The notes below the pieces were generated by a model. It saw nothing but the letters and a program-made list of their open reading frames with translations. It did not search any database and had not been told where the DNA came from. This document shows, in pieces, positions 10,620 to 24,099 of a DNA stretch of 64,000 nt. A program made the translations under genes and the position numbers. The first letter of the stretch is position 1, and every line of letters starts with the position of its first letter. Origin of the DNA: Torpedo marmorata (lineage: Eukaryota); the NCBI GenBank assembly GCA_977017645.1, contig OZ360227.1, positions 34,224,001 to 34,288,000 of the forward strand. Direction: 5' to 3'.

Positions 10620-13600
10620 ACAAGACATCTGGGTAGTCCGAGCCACTTCCTCATTTGTGAGCTAATCAGTCTCTCCATTTTCTCAACATTTGATAGATGC
10701 TTCGTATATTGTTAATGGCCACGAGTCATGGTAGCAGGCCGAACTGGAGACACCACACCTTTTGTTTCCCTGAGAGAGCAGTGTTGTTAATTTGCTTAAG
10801 GCCGCTGAGTACATCCAGCCTGAGTTGTTCAACCTGCTCAGAGTCCTTTAGGGTTGCATTATACCAAAGTCCGAAGCTTTTGATGGGTTTCTCCAGGACT
10901 GTTGGTGTCGGTTCTTCACAAAACCTTTCGTCTGCAAGCCTGCCCTTGACAATGGAAATACTGTGAGATTTGCTTGGTTTGATTTCCATTCGTGCCCATT
11001 TGATGTTGCTATGAAGCTTATCGAGGAGATGCTTAGTGCAGGCCTTTGTTGTTGTTAATGTGGTCATGTCATCCATGTATGCTCTAATTGTTGGAAGACT
11101 TACCCCACTCTTCAGGCACTCCCCTCCGACCACCCAACATGATACACAGATGATGAGCTCCATTGCCATGGAGAAAGCAAGGGGAGAGGTGGTGCCATTA
11201 TGCCTATTTCCAGGTGCTGCCAAGCAGTGGTGTATTCCTGTGTTGTAATGGAGAACTGAAGATCCTTAAAATACACTTGGATGAGATGCGAGATGGCCTC
11301 TGGAACCTTGAAGTTGAAGGCTGTCCAGAGCATCTGAGGGATTGATCCAAAGGCATTGGCTAGATCTAAAAATACTACGTGCAAGACTTTGTTTTCCCTC
11401 TTGGCTGTTTGTATCTGGTGCCAAGTGATGCTAGTGTGTTCTAAGCATCCCAAGAATCCCTGTACTCCTGCCTTCTGCACTGTTGTATCAACAAACCTAT
11501 TGTTCACCAGGTACGTAGAGAGTCGTTGAGCCACAACACTGAAGAAAATTTTTCCTTCCACGTTCAGAAGACTGATCTGTCGGAATTGAGTGATGGCTGA
11601 GGAGTTCTTTTCTTTAGGAATCAAGATCCCTCCTGCTCTTTGCCATGCCTTAGGTATGATTCTTTTCCCCCATGCCACTCTCATCAGGTTCCAAAGGAAC
11701 TTCAGGATGCCAGGGGTCAGAATCAGCATCAGAATTTATTGTCATGAACAAGTCACGAAATTCGGTGTTTTGCGGCAGCATCATAGTGCAAACATTCATA
11801 TTATAAACCATCTTACAACAATAATATATTAAAAAAATAAAAGTAATAGTGCACAAGAGGTAAGGCAGTGTCTTTGGTTCATTGATTATTCAGGAATCTG
11901 ATGGCAGCGGGGAAGAAGCTGTCCTTGTGCCGTTGAGTGCTCGTCTTTAGGCTCCTGTACCTTTTTCCCGATGGTAGCAGAGTAAAGAGGACATGGCCTG
12001 GGTGGTGGGGGTCTTTGAGGATAGAGGCTGCTTTTTTAAGACACCGCCTCATGTAGGTGTCCTCGATGGAGTGAAGTCTGGTGCCTGTGATGTCACAGGC
12101 CGAGTTAACAACCCTCTGGAGTATATTCTTGTCCTGGGATTTGGCGCCTCCATACCAGACAGTGATGCAACCAGCCAGAATGCTCTCCACGGTACACCTG
12201 TAGATGTTTTCAAGAGTCTTCGGTGACATACCGAATCTCCTCAAACACCTCACAAAGTATAGCCACTGGCGAGCCTTCTTTGTGATTGCATCAACATGGA
12301 GGCTCCAGGACAGATCCTCAGAGATGTTGACACCCAGGAATTTGAAGTTCTTGACCCTCTCCACTACTGAGCCCTCGATGAGGACTGGGTCGTGTTCCCC
12401 TGACTTCCTCCTGAAGTCCACAATCATCTCCTTGGCTTTGCTAACGTTGAGCGCAAGGTTGTTGGTGTGACACCACTCAAAGAGCTGATCTATCTCCCCC
12501 CTGTACACTTCCTCATTGCCGTTTGTGATTCTGTCGACAACTGTGGTGTCATCAGCAAACATGTAGATAGCATTGGAATTGTGTCTGGCCACACAGTCAT
12601 GGGTGTATAATTAGTAGAGCAGTGGGCTAAGCACACATCCTTGGGGTGCGCCTGTGTTGATAATCAGTGAGAAGGAGACGTTGTTTCCAATTCGTACTGA
12701 CTGTGGTCTTCCGATGAGAATGTCAAGGATCCAGTTGCAGCGGTGGGTACAGAGGCCTAGAGTTTGTAGCTTCTTGACCAGCACTGAGGGAATAATGGTA
12801 TTGAAGGCCAAGCTGTAGTCGATGAAGAGCAGCCATATGTATGAATTGCTGTTTTCAAAGTGATCCAGAGCTGAGTGGAGAGCCAGCGATATTGCATCAG
12901 CTGTGGAGCGATTGTGACGATAGGCGAATTGCAGTGGGTCCAGATCTTTGCTTAGGTACGTGTTAATTCTGGCCATGTAACAGCCTCTCAAAGCATTTCA
13001 TCACAGTAGAAGTTAGTGCTACTGGGCAATAGTTGTTGAGGCAGCTAACACTACTCTTCTTGGGCACCTTTTGAAGCAGGTGGGAACCTCTGACTGCCGC
13101 AATGAGAGGTTGGAAATGTCCGTGAACACTCCGGCTAGTTGGTTGGCGCAGATTTTCAGTACCCTGCCAGGTACGCCGTCGGGGCCTGACGCCTTGCGAG
13201 GGTTCACCCTCTTGAATGATGTTCTGACGTCGCCCTCAGAGACAGATATCACAGGGTCCTCAGCCTTTTCAGGGATTCTAGTAGGTACTGTTTGGTTCTT
13301 CTTCTCAAAGCGGGCATAGAAGGTGTTCAGCTCACCGGGTAATGAAGCATCACAGCCGTCTATGATGTTCGCCCTCACTTTGTAGGCTGTAATGGCCTGC
13401 ACTCACTGCCATATCTGGCATGCATCTGTCCCTGTCTCTAGCTTCCTCCGGAATTGCCACTTTGCTTCAGAGATGGCCTTCCGCAGGTCGTGCCTGGTCT
13501 TCTTGTAGAGATCTAGATCCCCGGCCTTAAACGCCCTTGTTCTCGCCCTCAGCAGGTTGTGAATCCTCTGATTCATGCAGGGCTTCTGGTTGGGGAACAC

Positions 13601-15200
13601 CCGGTATGTGCGCGTGGGCACACACTCGTCCACGCAGGTCTTGATGAAGTCGGTGACACCTGTTGCATATTCATTCAAGTCTATGGATGAGTTCTTGAAT
13701 ATGTTCCAGTCCACCAATTTAAAACAGTCCTGCAAACGCTCCTCCACCTCCCTCGACCATACTTTCGCCGTCTTCACTACTGGTGCTGTGGTCCTCAGTC
13801 TCTGCTTGCACGCCGGGAGTAGAAGTACAGCCAGGTGATCAGACTTGCCAGGGGTGTTCTCATAGACCCTGTATGAAATTCCATTGGACTCTGGGGCTGA
13901 TGCTGTTCTCGCCCGCTGTACAGTGCTCTTCACCTCTTTCCATGTAAGAGGCCTCTCGTCCAGCTGATGTTTTGGTTGGTGAATTGGTGGCATGTCAGGG
14001 GGGGATGTTAATTGGTTCATTCCTCAGGCTATCTGCATGGGTCTTCCTCAAGTTCCCTCGGCACTGAGTGTCCCACTCTTTTCTACAGTGAAAAGGCCTT
14101 TGATGAATTTGTAAGGATCTTTGTAGAAGTTCGCTCTTGCCCGATTTTTCTTTCTCTGCTGTCTTCTCAGGCACTCTGCTCTTTATCTCTTCCTGTAACA
14201 CATTGATGCCTTCCTCCATTGTTTCCTCAGTTGCCATCTTTCTCTTACGAGTCTCGATTTCCTGTTGCCTTTTTGATTTGAGCCGACTTTGTTCCTTCTG
14301 TTTCCTTTCTCTTTTCCCTCACTCCAAATCTCTCCACTCCTAACTGTATATGAGGTTTCCTATCTTTTCTAATTACTTTTCCACAGATCCCTTAATCCCC
14401 TCAAGGTCTGTGTCGATGGACTTCCATTCTTGTCTCTTGCAGGACTTGGGCCACAATATTTCGAGCTTACGTCCGTCGATCTTCCTTTCTGTTGCTGGTT
14501 TTGGCTGGTTGGACTCGGGACACCTAGTTGTTGCTGGGTCTGCAATTGTTTGTGGTTGGGATGTTGATACCCTGTGGGCTGTGGGGTTCTCCTGCCACTG
14601 GGCTTCATTCGACTGATTTGACCTACTTCTTAAGAAGTAGCCAATGCGAGGTCCCTCATTAAGCTCTCTCAAGCACTTTTTCTTGCCTTGATTGATGTTA
14701 AGGCCCCTCTCCGAGGTTACCTTTGTCCAGCCACAGATGCAACTCTGGAGTTTCTGTCCTACCAGAGTGGCTGAACTATCAGGTCCAATACTGATCGTCT
14801 AGCTCGTGGTCATTTCCGTTCCTAGGTCCTTTGCCGTGTGGTCCGCCATTGAATCATCTTGCCCCCGCTCTTGCTGACTCCAGGGGTATTCTTTGTTTTG
14901 ATACTTTCAGGTAGCTAGCCCATGCCAGTCCCTTTGGGGTCTATTCCCTCCTGTCAGCAGTCTGTCCCGGCTGTCACTAGATCTTTCCTTAGTTGTCAGC
15001 TGCCCTTTCACAGCAGTCACTGGTTTATTCCAGGGATTCAGGTTGATTTATAGGACTAGGTGTATCCCTGATGTTTCAGTATTGGTTAGATTGATCCTCT
15101 CTCATCGAGTTAGTACGGTCGGTTGCCTCAATTACAATAATGGAGGATGACCACTAGGGAATATTATCCGGTATCGGACACATCTTCAGTTGTATTCCCT
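10620..15200 (-). mobile_element. HERO/NeSL/R2-like non-LTR retrotransposon, degenerate and split by a Rex1/Babar insertion
   Basis: RT motifs FRQISLLNVEGKIF, LDLANAFGSIP and AYMDD (10726-11729). The protein continues across the insertion (...YRVYENTPG | ILKFLWNLM...). N-terminal Zn-finger-like CICGW...KKKC at about 14680-14745. Outer boundaries are approximate. Confidence 0.72.
11718..13845 (-). mobile_element. Rex1/Babar LINE, 5'-truncated, nested in the HERO-like element
   Basis: GKSDH endonuclease end, [24 protein letters not shown] and the C-terminal LLPSGKRYRS...SFFPAAIRFLN. AATAAA followed by a (TTCTGA)n-like tail. 10-bp TSD TGCCAGGGGT at 11708-11717 and 13846-13855. Confidence 0.88.
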
Positions 15201-15234
15201 GGTATCATTGGGTGTTTCGGCCTTTTACACATGA

Positions 15235-17090
15235 TTGAGTTCAATTTGAGATTAACAAGGAGAAACTAAAGCCAGATGTGTCTGTATTTCAGTGGAGTAA
15301 AGGGAATTACAGTGGCATGGGAGAGCAACTGGCCAAAGTAGATTGGAAGGAAGCACTAGTAGGGAAGATGGCAGAGCAGCAATGGATGGAGTTTCTGCAA
15401 GAAATGGGGAAGGTGCAGGATAAATACACAAAAAAATGGAAATATGTCGCCACTGTGGCTGACAAGGGAAGTCAAAGCCAACGTGAAAGCAAAAGAGAGG
15501 GCATGCAAGGAAGCAAAATTAGTGGAAAGATAGAGGATTGGGAAGTTTTTAAAGATTTACATAAGGTTCAGTAAAAACATGAGGGAAAAGATGAAATATG
15601 AAAGTAGGCAAGCAAATAATATCAAAGAAGATACAACAAGTTTCAAGTATATAAAGAATAAAAGAGAGGTGAGAGTAGATATAGGACCACTAGAAAATGA
15701 CACTGGAGAAATAATAATGGGAGACAAGGAGAAGGCAGAGGAACTAAATGAGTATTTTGAATCAATCTTCACTGTGGAAGACACGAGCAGCGTACCAGAT
15801 GTCGAAGGGTATCAGGGAAGGGAAGTGAGTGCAGTTACTATTTTAAGGGAGAAAGGTGCTCAGAAAGCTGAATGGTCTAAGGGTGGATAAGTCTCCCGGA
15901 CCAGATGGAATGCACCCTTGGGTCCTGAAAAAAGTAGCGGTAGAGATTGTGGAGGCATTGGTAATGATCTTTCAGGAATCAATAGATTCTGGCATGGTCC
16001 CAGAGGACTGGAAAATTGCAAATGTCACCCCACTATTCAAGAGGGGAGGGGGAAGGCAGCAGAAAAGAAATTATAAACCGGTTCGCCTGACGTCAGTGGT
16101 TGGGAGTCGATTGTAAAGGATGAGGTTACGGAGTACTTTGACACACAGGATAGGCCAAAGTAGGCTGGATAAAGGAGAAGCAGTGGGTGTTGTGTATTTG
16201 GATTTTCAGAAGGCATTTGACAAGGTGCCACAATGAGGCTACTTAACAAGATAAGGGCCGATGGTATAACAGGAAATATACTAGCATGGGTAGAGCATTG
16301 GCTGATTGGCAGGAAGCAGTGTGTAAGAATACAAGGATCATATTCTGACTGGCTGCCAGTTGCTAGTGGTGTTTCACAGGGGTCGGTGTTGGGGCCGCTT
16401 CTTTTTATGTGGTATATTAATGATTTGGATTATGGAATGAATGGCTTGTGGCCAAGTTTGCAGACAATATGAAGGTAGGTGGAGGAGCAGGTAATGTAGA
16501 GGAAGCACAGAAGCTGCAGAAGGACTTAGACAGATAGTGGTTCTCAACCTTTTACGGTGTAAGGCCCACCCGGCTTCCGGCCCAACATGCCATGGCCCTC
16601 GAGTGGCAATGACTGAGCAATATTTTCAAGTCAAAGGCAGCTCTGTAAGAAACACATCTTTATCTAATTTAAAGTATTTTATTTAACAATTTTAAATACG
16701 GTGTGGCTCACCAGTGGGCCATGGCCGACTAGTTGAGAACCACTGGATTAGAAGAATGGGCATAGAAGTGCCAAATGAAATATAATGTCAGAAAGTGTAC
16801 GGTCATGCACTTTGGTAGATAAAATAAAACGGGCAGACTATTTTTTAAATGGGGAGAAAATTGAAAATACCCAGATGCAAAGGGACCTGGGAGTCCTCTC
16901 GATAGCCTGAAGGTAGTGAAGAAGGCAAATACAATGCTGGCCTTCATTTCAAGAGGAATAGAATTTAAGAGCAGGGATGTGATGTTGAGGCACTGATGAG
17001 ACCTCACGGGGTATTGTGAGCAGTTTTGGACTCCTCATTTAATATAGGATGTGCTGACGTTGGAGAGGGTTCAAAGGAGGTTTAAAAAAA
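15235..17090 (+). mobile_element. CR1 LINE ORF2 fragment (degenerate)
   Basis: ORF pieces ELNEYFESIFT, DKSPGPDGMHP...PEDWKIANVTPLFK and SGVSQGSVLGPLLF, with multiple frameshifts. Confidence 0.85.
16535..16745. mobile_element. hAT-Charlie (MER5-like) MITE inserted in CR1
   Basis: TIRs (T)AGTGGTTCTCAAC / GTTGAGAACCACTG interrupt the CR1 sequence GACTTAGACAGA|...TTAGAAGAATGG. The TSD is not clean. Confidence 0.72.
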
Positions 17091-17124
17091 ATTTTTTTTT
17101 AAAGTTTTTAATTTAAAAAAAATT

Positions 17125-17270
17125 TAGACATACAGCACGGTAACTCATGCCACCCAATTACACGGGGAGAACGTACAAACCCCTTACAGACAACGTGGGA
17201 TTTGAACTCCGGTCCCGATTGCTGGCGCTGTAAAGGCATTGCGCTAACCGCTGCGCCAACCGTGCCGCCC
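17125..17270 (-). mobile_element. tRNA-derived SINE (same family as 5160-5372), internally deleted
   Basis: Shares TTAGACATAC..GCACGG and CACGGGGAGAA.GTACAAAC. On the minus strand it has A-box-like GGTTAGCGCAATG and B-box GTTCAAATCC. Confidence 0.78.
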
Positions 17271-17276
17271 TGTTCA

Positions 17277-20200
17277 CTAGGATGATTCCGGAAATGAAGG
17301 TCCAAAGGGACTTAGGACTTGGATTTGAAAGTCCAAATACACAACATCCAACGCATCTCCCCTGTCTATCCTACTTGTGATCTCTTCAAAAAATTGCATT
17401 CGGTTTGTCAGACATGATTTTCCTTTAAGGAAACCATGCTGACTTGGGCCGATCTTGTCATGCACCTCCAGGTATTCCGTAACCTCATCATTGACAATCG
17501 ACTCCAACAGCTTCCCAACCACTAACTAATAGGTGTATAATTTCCTCTCCTGCCTCCCTCCCTTCTTAAACAGCGGAGTGACATTCGTGATCCTCCAATC
17601 CTACAAAAGAATGCAAGAATCCATTGATTCCTGGAAGATTATTACCAACGCCTCCACAATCTTTTCAGCTACCTCCTTCAGAACCTGAGGTGCATTCCAT
17701 TCGGTCCGGGAGACTTATATACCCTTAGACCATTTAGCTTCCCAAGTACCTTCTCTCTCATGATCTTGTCTGCACTCACTTCTCTTCCTAGAGACCTTTG
17801 ACAGTCTGGTATATGTCTTCCACAGTGAAGACTGGAGTCTCAGCTGGTCCCTCAACACCAGTTCCATAGTCAAGAAAGCCCAGCAGCATCTTTACTTCCT
17901 GCGAAGGCTGAGGAAAGTTCATCTCCCACCCCCTATCCTTACTACATTCTACAGGGGATGTATTGAGAGTATTCTGAGCAATTGCATCACCGCTTGGTTT
18001 GGTAACTGTACCATCTCGGACCGAAAGACCCTGCAGAGGATAGTGAGGTCAGCGGAGAAAATTATTGGAGTCTCTCTCCCCACCATGACAGACATCTACA
18101 ACACACGATGCATGAGGAAGGCTAAAAACATTGTGAAGGACTTCTCACACCCCTTTGGTAAACTGTTTTCCCCTTTGCCATCTGGAAGGAGGTACCGAAG
18201 CACTTGGGCTCGTACGTCCAGACTGTGCAACAGTTTTTTCCCCCAAGCCATCAAGCTCCTCAATTCCTATATATATATGTGTATTAGCATGTTATAGTTT
18301 TTCTATTGTATTATATTTATGTACATCTGCCCATGGTCCTGGAGAAACGCTATCTCGTCTTACTGTGTATATGGTAATGAACGACAAATAAAGGTGACTT
18401 GACTGATCCAAAATATTCATTCAGTTCCTCTGCCATCTCCTTGTCTCCCATTACAATTTCTCCAGCGTCATTTTCTATTGGTCCTATGTCTACTTTTGTC
18501 TCTTTTACCTCTTTACATATTTTTAAAAAGTGTTTAATATCCTCTTTGATATTATTTGCTAACCTCCTTTCATAATTCATCTTTTCCTTCCTAATCACCA
18601 TCTTAGTTGTCTTCTCTAAGTTTTTAAAAGCTTTCCAGTCCTCTATCTTCCCATTTAGTTTTGCTTCCTTGTATGCCCTAACTTTTGCTTTTACTTCGGC
18701 TTTAACTTCCCTCGTCAGCCATAATTGTCTCATTTTCCCATTCATAAATTTCTTTCCTTTTTGGTATCTACCCGTCCTGCACTTTCCTCATTTCCCGCAG
18801 AAATTCCAGCCACTACTGATCTGCTGTCTTCCCCATTAGTGTGCTTTTCCAATCGACTTTGGCCAGTTCCTCTCTCATGCAACTGTAATTTCCTTTACTC
18901 CACTGAAATACCAACACATTGGACTTTAGCCTCTCCTTTTCAAATTTCAAAGTGAACTCAATCATATTATGATCACTGCCTCCTCAGGGTTCTTTTACCT
19001 TAAGCTCACTAATCACCTCTGATTCATTGCAAGCATCCCAATCCAAAACAGACGATCCCCTGGTGGGCTCATCAACAAGCTGCTCCAAAAAGCCATCCCG
19101 TAGGCATTCTACAAACTCTCTCTCCTGAGATCCCGTACTGACCTGACTTTCCCAATCTACTTTCATGTTAAAATCCCCCATGATTATCGTAAAGTTGTCC
19201 TTCTGACATGCCTTTTCTATTTCCAGTTGTATTTTGTAGTCCACATCCCAGCTGCTGTTTGGGGGCCTGTATATAACTGCCATTAGGGTCCTTTTACCTT
19301 TACCATTCCTTAACTTAACCCATAAGGATTCTACCTCTTCTGATCCTATGTCACTTTTTTTCCAATGATTTAATATTGTTGCTTACTAGCAGAGCTTCGC
19401 CACCCTCTGCCTACCTGCCTATCCTTCCGATACATCGTGTATTATTGGACGTTCAGCTCCCAATGACATCCATCCTTTAGCCATGAGTCAGTAATAACCA
19501 CATCATTCCCTCCAATCTGTAGCTGTACTGCAAGATCATCCACCTTGTTTCTAATGCTGTGTGCATTTAACTATAATACCTTCAGACTAGTTTGTGTATG
19601 CACAGTGTCTCTGTCATCCCTCCGGCTGAAATTTTGTCTCATCACCTGCCTGTCTTCATTGCTGCACACCATCTTTGATTTACTGCTGTTTCCCCCTTCA
19701 TTAGCCCTAACACTCTGGTTCCCATCACCCTGCCAAATTAGTTTAAATCCTCCCTAACACCCATATTAAACTTGCCCGCCACGATATTGATCCCCTTTGG
19801 GTTCAGGTGTAACCCATCCTTTTTGTATAGGTCATACCTTCCCCAAAAGTGATCCCAATGACCCAAGAATCTGAAACCCTGCCCCCTGCACCAGTTTCTC
19901 AGCCACAAATTTATCCACTTGATCTCGCTATTCTTGCCCTCACTACCATGTGGCACAAACAGTAATCCTGAGACCACCCCAGAGGTCCTACTTCTCAGCT
20001 TCTTTCCGAATTCCCTGTATTCTCCACAGGACCTCCTCACTTATCTTACCTACATCATTGGTACCAACATGTACCAAGACTTCTGGTTGTTCACCTTCTC
20101 CCTTCACAATGCTCTGGACCCGATCGGAGACATCCCGTACCCTGGCACCAGGGTGGCAACACCCCATCCTGGTGTCTTTCTCAGGCTCACAGAATCGCTT

Positions 20201-20600
20201 ATCTGTTCTCCTCACTATAGAATCCCCTATTACTAATGCATGTTTCTTCACCCTCTCCGCTACAGAGCCATGCTCAGTGCTAGAGACCTGGTTACCATGG
20301 TCATCCTCCCCAATACCATCCAGAACGATATACTGGTTGCTGAGGGGGATGGCCACAGAGGTGTTCTCTACATATTCCCTGTGGGCTCCAATCTATCAAT
20401 TCCTCACTCTCCCTAATGAGCCGTAGGTCTTCAAGCTGCAGCTCCAGTTCCCTAACACGGTCTCTGAGGAGCTGCACCTCGGAGCATCTGGCGCAGATGT
20501 GGGCATTGGGGAGGCTCGGAGTCTCCCAGGGATCCCACATTTGACACTCAACACAGAGCACTAACCCTACAGACATACTGCCTAATATATTAACACTTTA
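17277..20600 (-). mobile_element. CR1 LINE, 5' part: ORF1 (Zn finger, leucine zipper, SGNH esterase) and ORF2 endonuclease/RT N-terminus, degenerate
   Basis: CVECQMW...HICARC...LRDRVRELELQL (20301-20576); VIGDSIVR...PGARVRDV...HVGTND and DGLHLN (19738-20356); YRPPN...MGDFN (18984-19283); QHGFLKGKSCLTN...VYLDF (17277-17522). Confidence 0.88.
17835..18405 (+). mobile_element. Rex1/Babar LINE 3' fragment nested in CR1
   Basis: ORF 18043-18297 includes LFSPLPSGRRYRS...NSFFPQAIKLLN. AATAAA and a GACTT-type tail. GACTG is repeated at both junctions. Confidence 0.8.
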
Positions 20601-20819
20601 ATAACCAATGAACAATTTACTTACCCACACTATAACCCTCGCCTCTTACCTGTTCTCGCCAAAGCCTTATCACTCTGACTCAGACCACTCCGACGACAAC
20701 TGCTCCCTCGATGATAGGTTTTTGTTTAGCCAGGGCATCAAAGGTTATGGGGCTGAGTGGGAAAATGGATCAGCTCATTATGAATGGCGGGGCCTACTCG
20801 ATGGGCTGAATGGCCTGTT

Positions 20820-22430
20820 TCTGCTCCTATGTCTTATGGCCTTCTCAATGAGTATTTCTCTTTTTACTGTGGAGAAAGATATGAGGACTGGGGAATTGGG
20901 GCAGTCAATGGTGGTGTCTTGAGATCAGTTAGTATTACAGCTGAAGAGGTGCTAAAGGTCCTGATGAATGTCGACAAATCTCCTGGGCCTGATCAGATAT
21001 ATCCAAAGACACTGAGGGAAGTATGGAGAGGAAATTGCAGGGGCCTCGGCTGAGATATATGAGTTGTCATTAAGTACAGGTGAGGTTCTAGAAGACTAGA
21101 GGGTGGCAAATGTGCCTTTATTCAAGAAAGGCTACAGGAAAAAAAGCCTGGGAACTACGGGCTAGTGAGCCTAACATTTGTGGTTGGTGAGTTGCTGGAG
21201 AGCAATCTGAGGGAGAAGATATTCATGTTCTTGGATAGACAAGAGCTGATAAGTCAGTAGGGGTTTGTAAGTGGGAGGTCATGTCTCACAAATCTAATTG
21301 AGTTTTTTGAAAAGGTGACCAAGAAGATAGACAAGGGCAGAGCTGTAGACCTTGTATATATGAATTTCAGCAAGGCATTCGATAACATTCTGCATAGTAG
21401 GCTTCTCTGGAAGGTTAGATGACATGGAGAGATAGCAGAATTGATAGAAAATTGGTGTCATAGTAGAAAGCAGAGGATGATGGTGGAAGGTTGTTTTTCA
21501 GCCTGGAGGTCTGTGACTAGTGGTGTGCCTCAGGGTTTGGAGCTAGGCCCACTGTATTTGTTATCTATTCTATATCAATGATTTAAATGAAATCATACCT
21601 GGCATGATTAGCAAGTTTGCTGATGACACTAAATTGTCTGGTATTGTAAATAGTGAAGATGGTTTTAAAGATTGCAGCAAGATCTTGATCGGTTGCGCAG
21701 AGGAATGGTTGATGAAATTTAATGCCGAGAAATGTGAGGTGTTGTATTTTGGGAGGTCTAACGTGGGTAGGACCTACACTAAATGGTACGGATCTGGGCA
21801 GTGTTGAAGAGCAGAGGGATCGAGGATGACAGGTACACGTTGAAACTGGCATCACAGGTAGGCTTTCGGCACATTGGCCTTCATCAGAGTATTGAGTATA
21901 GAAGTTCGGAGGTCATGTTGCAGTTCTACAAGACGTTGGTGAGGCCCCATTTGGAGTATTGTGTACAGATTTAGTCAGCGTGCTACAGGAAAGAGGTCGT
22001 CAAGCTGGAAAGGGTGCAGAGAAGATTAACGAGGATGTTGTCAGGATTCGGGGGCCTGAGCTATAGGGAATGGTTGAGCAGGCTAGGGCTTTATTCCTTG
22101 AGCGCAGGAGGATAGGGGGTGATCTCATGGAGGTGTACAAAATCATGAGAGGAATAGATCGGGTAACACAGAGAGTCTTTTGTCCAGAGTAGGGGAATCA
22201 GTAACCAGAGGTAACTTTTTTTTTATACACAGAGGGTCATGAGTGTATGGAATGGGGTGCTGGAGAAGGTAGTTGAGGCAGGTACTATTGCAACGTTTAA
22301 GAAAAAATTGGACAGATACATGGATAGGATGGGTTTAAAGGGATACGAGCCAAATGCAGGCGGGTGGGACATTTTGCTTGAAATGGGCAAGTTGGGCTGT
22401 AGGGCCTGTTTCCACGCTGTATAACTCTAT
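20820..22430 (+). mobile_element. CR1 LINE RT-to-3'-end fragment
   Basis: DKSPGPDQIYP, ISKFADDTKL, YKTLVRPHLEYCVQ, FKKKLDRYM and the typical 3' end GGGCCTGTTTCCACGCTGTATAACTCTAT. Confidence 0.85.
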
Positions 22431-23036
22431 ATGTTCAAAAATATATTTGTGCTTGTACATTTATCCATTTTGACTATTTTGGGGAACTACAGATTCTAGA
22501 TGTCCCAAATAACCTTTCTCAATTAATAATCTAATACCGGAATAGAAAATGCACCACTTGTAAATGCATTTTATGCCTGAATCCAGGCTCAATATGGATG
22601 AAGCTAGATGAATCTCCCATCTAGATTTACAACACAGCTCAAGATTGCAAGTCAGCACAAAGGCAAAAATAACGAAGGCCTGGAGACAGAGAAGACTGCA
22701 GATGCTGGAATCTGAAGCCAAACACAATCTGCTGGAGGAACTCAGAGAGAGGATGAGAATGATCGATGTTTTGAGCTGAAACTCTTCAGGACGGAGGTAA
22801 GTTAGTACAGAAGCAATGTTAATAGGAGAGGATGGAAAGGTGGGAAAGGAACCCCAAATGGGATCTGCGAAACAGGCAGATGCCAGGCAAAGGGGGAGAG
22901 AGGCAAAACAAATGCCTAATTTTAGTATGTCATTTCCTTGTCCTCGTTAAATTCACTGGGCAACAAATAAGGTGAAACAGTGTCAAACTCACTTTCTTTG
23001 TCAGAAAAAGAGAAAATGGGTAAAAAGGAAATAAAG

Positions 23037-23186
23037 TTAAAATTCCCAGTCACCATCTAGGTCCGGTAAGGGAGTGATTTGGCTGTCTCCTCTTGACTCT
23101 GAAGTCCCCACTGTGGCCTGATATCCAGAAAGCGGCACAGCTGGCTGAAGCAGACTGATAAGGGATGACTTGGTCTGCTTTCTCAC
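23037..23186 (-). CDS. STRADB: STRADB last coding exon (exon 12): VRKQTKSSLISLLQP...DGDWEF*
   Basis: Polypyrimidine tract plus CAG acceptor at 23187-23189, 150 nt in phase 0. Ends in the STRAD-family WEF motif followed by TAA. Confidence 0.93.
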   Translation of the reverse strand: MRKQTKSSLISLLQPAVPLSGYQATVGTSESRGDSQITPLPDLDGDWEF

Positions 23187-23587
23187 CTGCAGAAGTGGGA
23201 AGGAAATTAAAACCACTCACTGCCAAGCAGTCTGCAAAAATGGGTGAAACCACCGATAGGCAAACATACTATAATTATGATGAAATTCTCAACTTAAACC
23301 TTAGTTCTGAGCAAAATATTAAAACTAAATGTATACAAGTCACATTGCATTTTAAACTTCGCCCTGTTACTGTCAAAGTGACAGAATGCAAAAAATATTC
23401 ATATGCATCTTGATGGGTTTTATTTAATACATAAAATACTCGCTAACAATAAGTTAAATTCTTTAATTTTTCTAAATCAATTACTTTGACAATTTAAAAA
23501 AATAATTGCTGAAAATTAACCAAACCTCAGATTCTGAGGAGCTACCTCTAAGTTTTAAAGTGAACAAATTACAGAGAAAATAGGCAC

Positions 23588-23630
23588 CTGTTTAAAGAAG
23601 GGATGGGATAGCAATGTGCTTGCTGATGGT
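23588..23630 (-). CDS. STRADB: STRADB exon 11 (43 nt): (R)PSASTLLSHPFFKQ
   Basis: CAG acceptor and GTGCCT donor. Kinase subdomain XI. Phase 2 to 0 fits the neighbouring exons. Confidence 0.93.
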
Positions 23631-24099
23631 CTGAAACAGAAAAAATGAAAATTATTTATTCAAACCAAAATTATACAGATTGTCATAGTAATTAAAATGA
23701 AAACTTTATCTGAAGGTCCTGCCGATTTATAATTTACTTTGACCTTCACTTTCCTTAAAAGGGTAATTACCATTTTAATGCAATTGCTTAAATCAAATAA
23801 CTGAATATGCCCAGATGTTGCCTAACCTGCTGCTTTTCTGTTTTTATTTCAGAATTCCAGCATCTGTCGGTTCCCCATCCCCATTTACTGCTGAAATTTA
23901 CTACCGCTGCTTTTCCAGAATGTCAGCCCTGACGTTCTCCTCTGCTCTCCAGAAGGATTTCTGCTCAACCATTTTGTTTTGTCCACAGATACTCCTTGAT
24001 TTGCTGCACGTTTCCAGAATTTTGTTTTTATTTCAAATTTCTAGCTTCTGCAGCTTTTTTCAAAAAATTCTTTGAATAATATACAGCAATTAATTTTGA

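Noticed and set aside
13403-14020. 205-aa ORF as a novel gene
   Set aside because: It is a chance fusion of HERO-like sequence and the 5'-truncated Rex1/Babar across the TSD.
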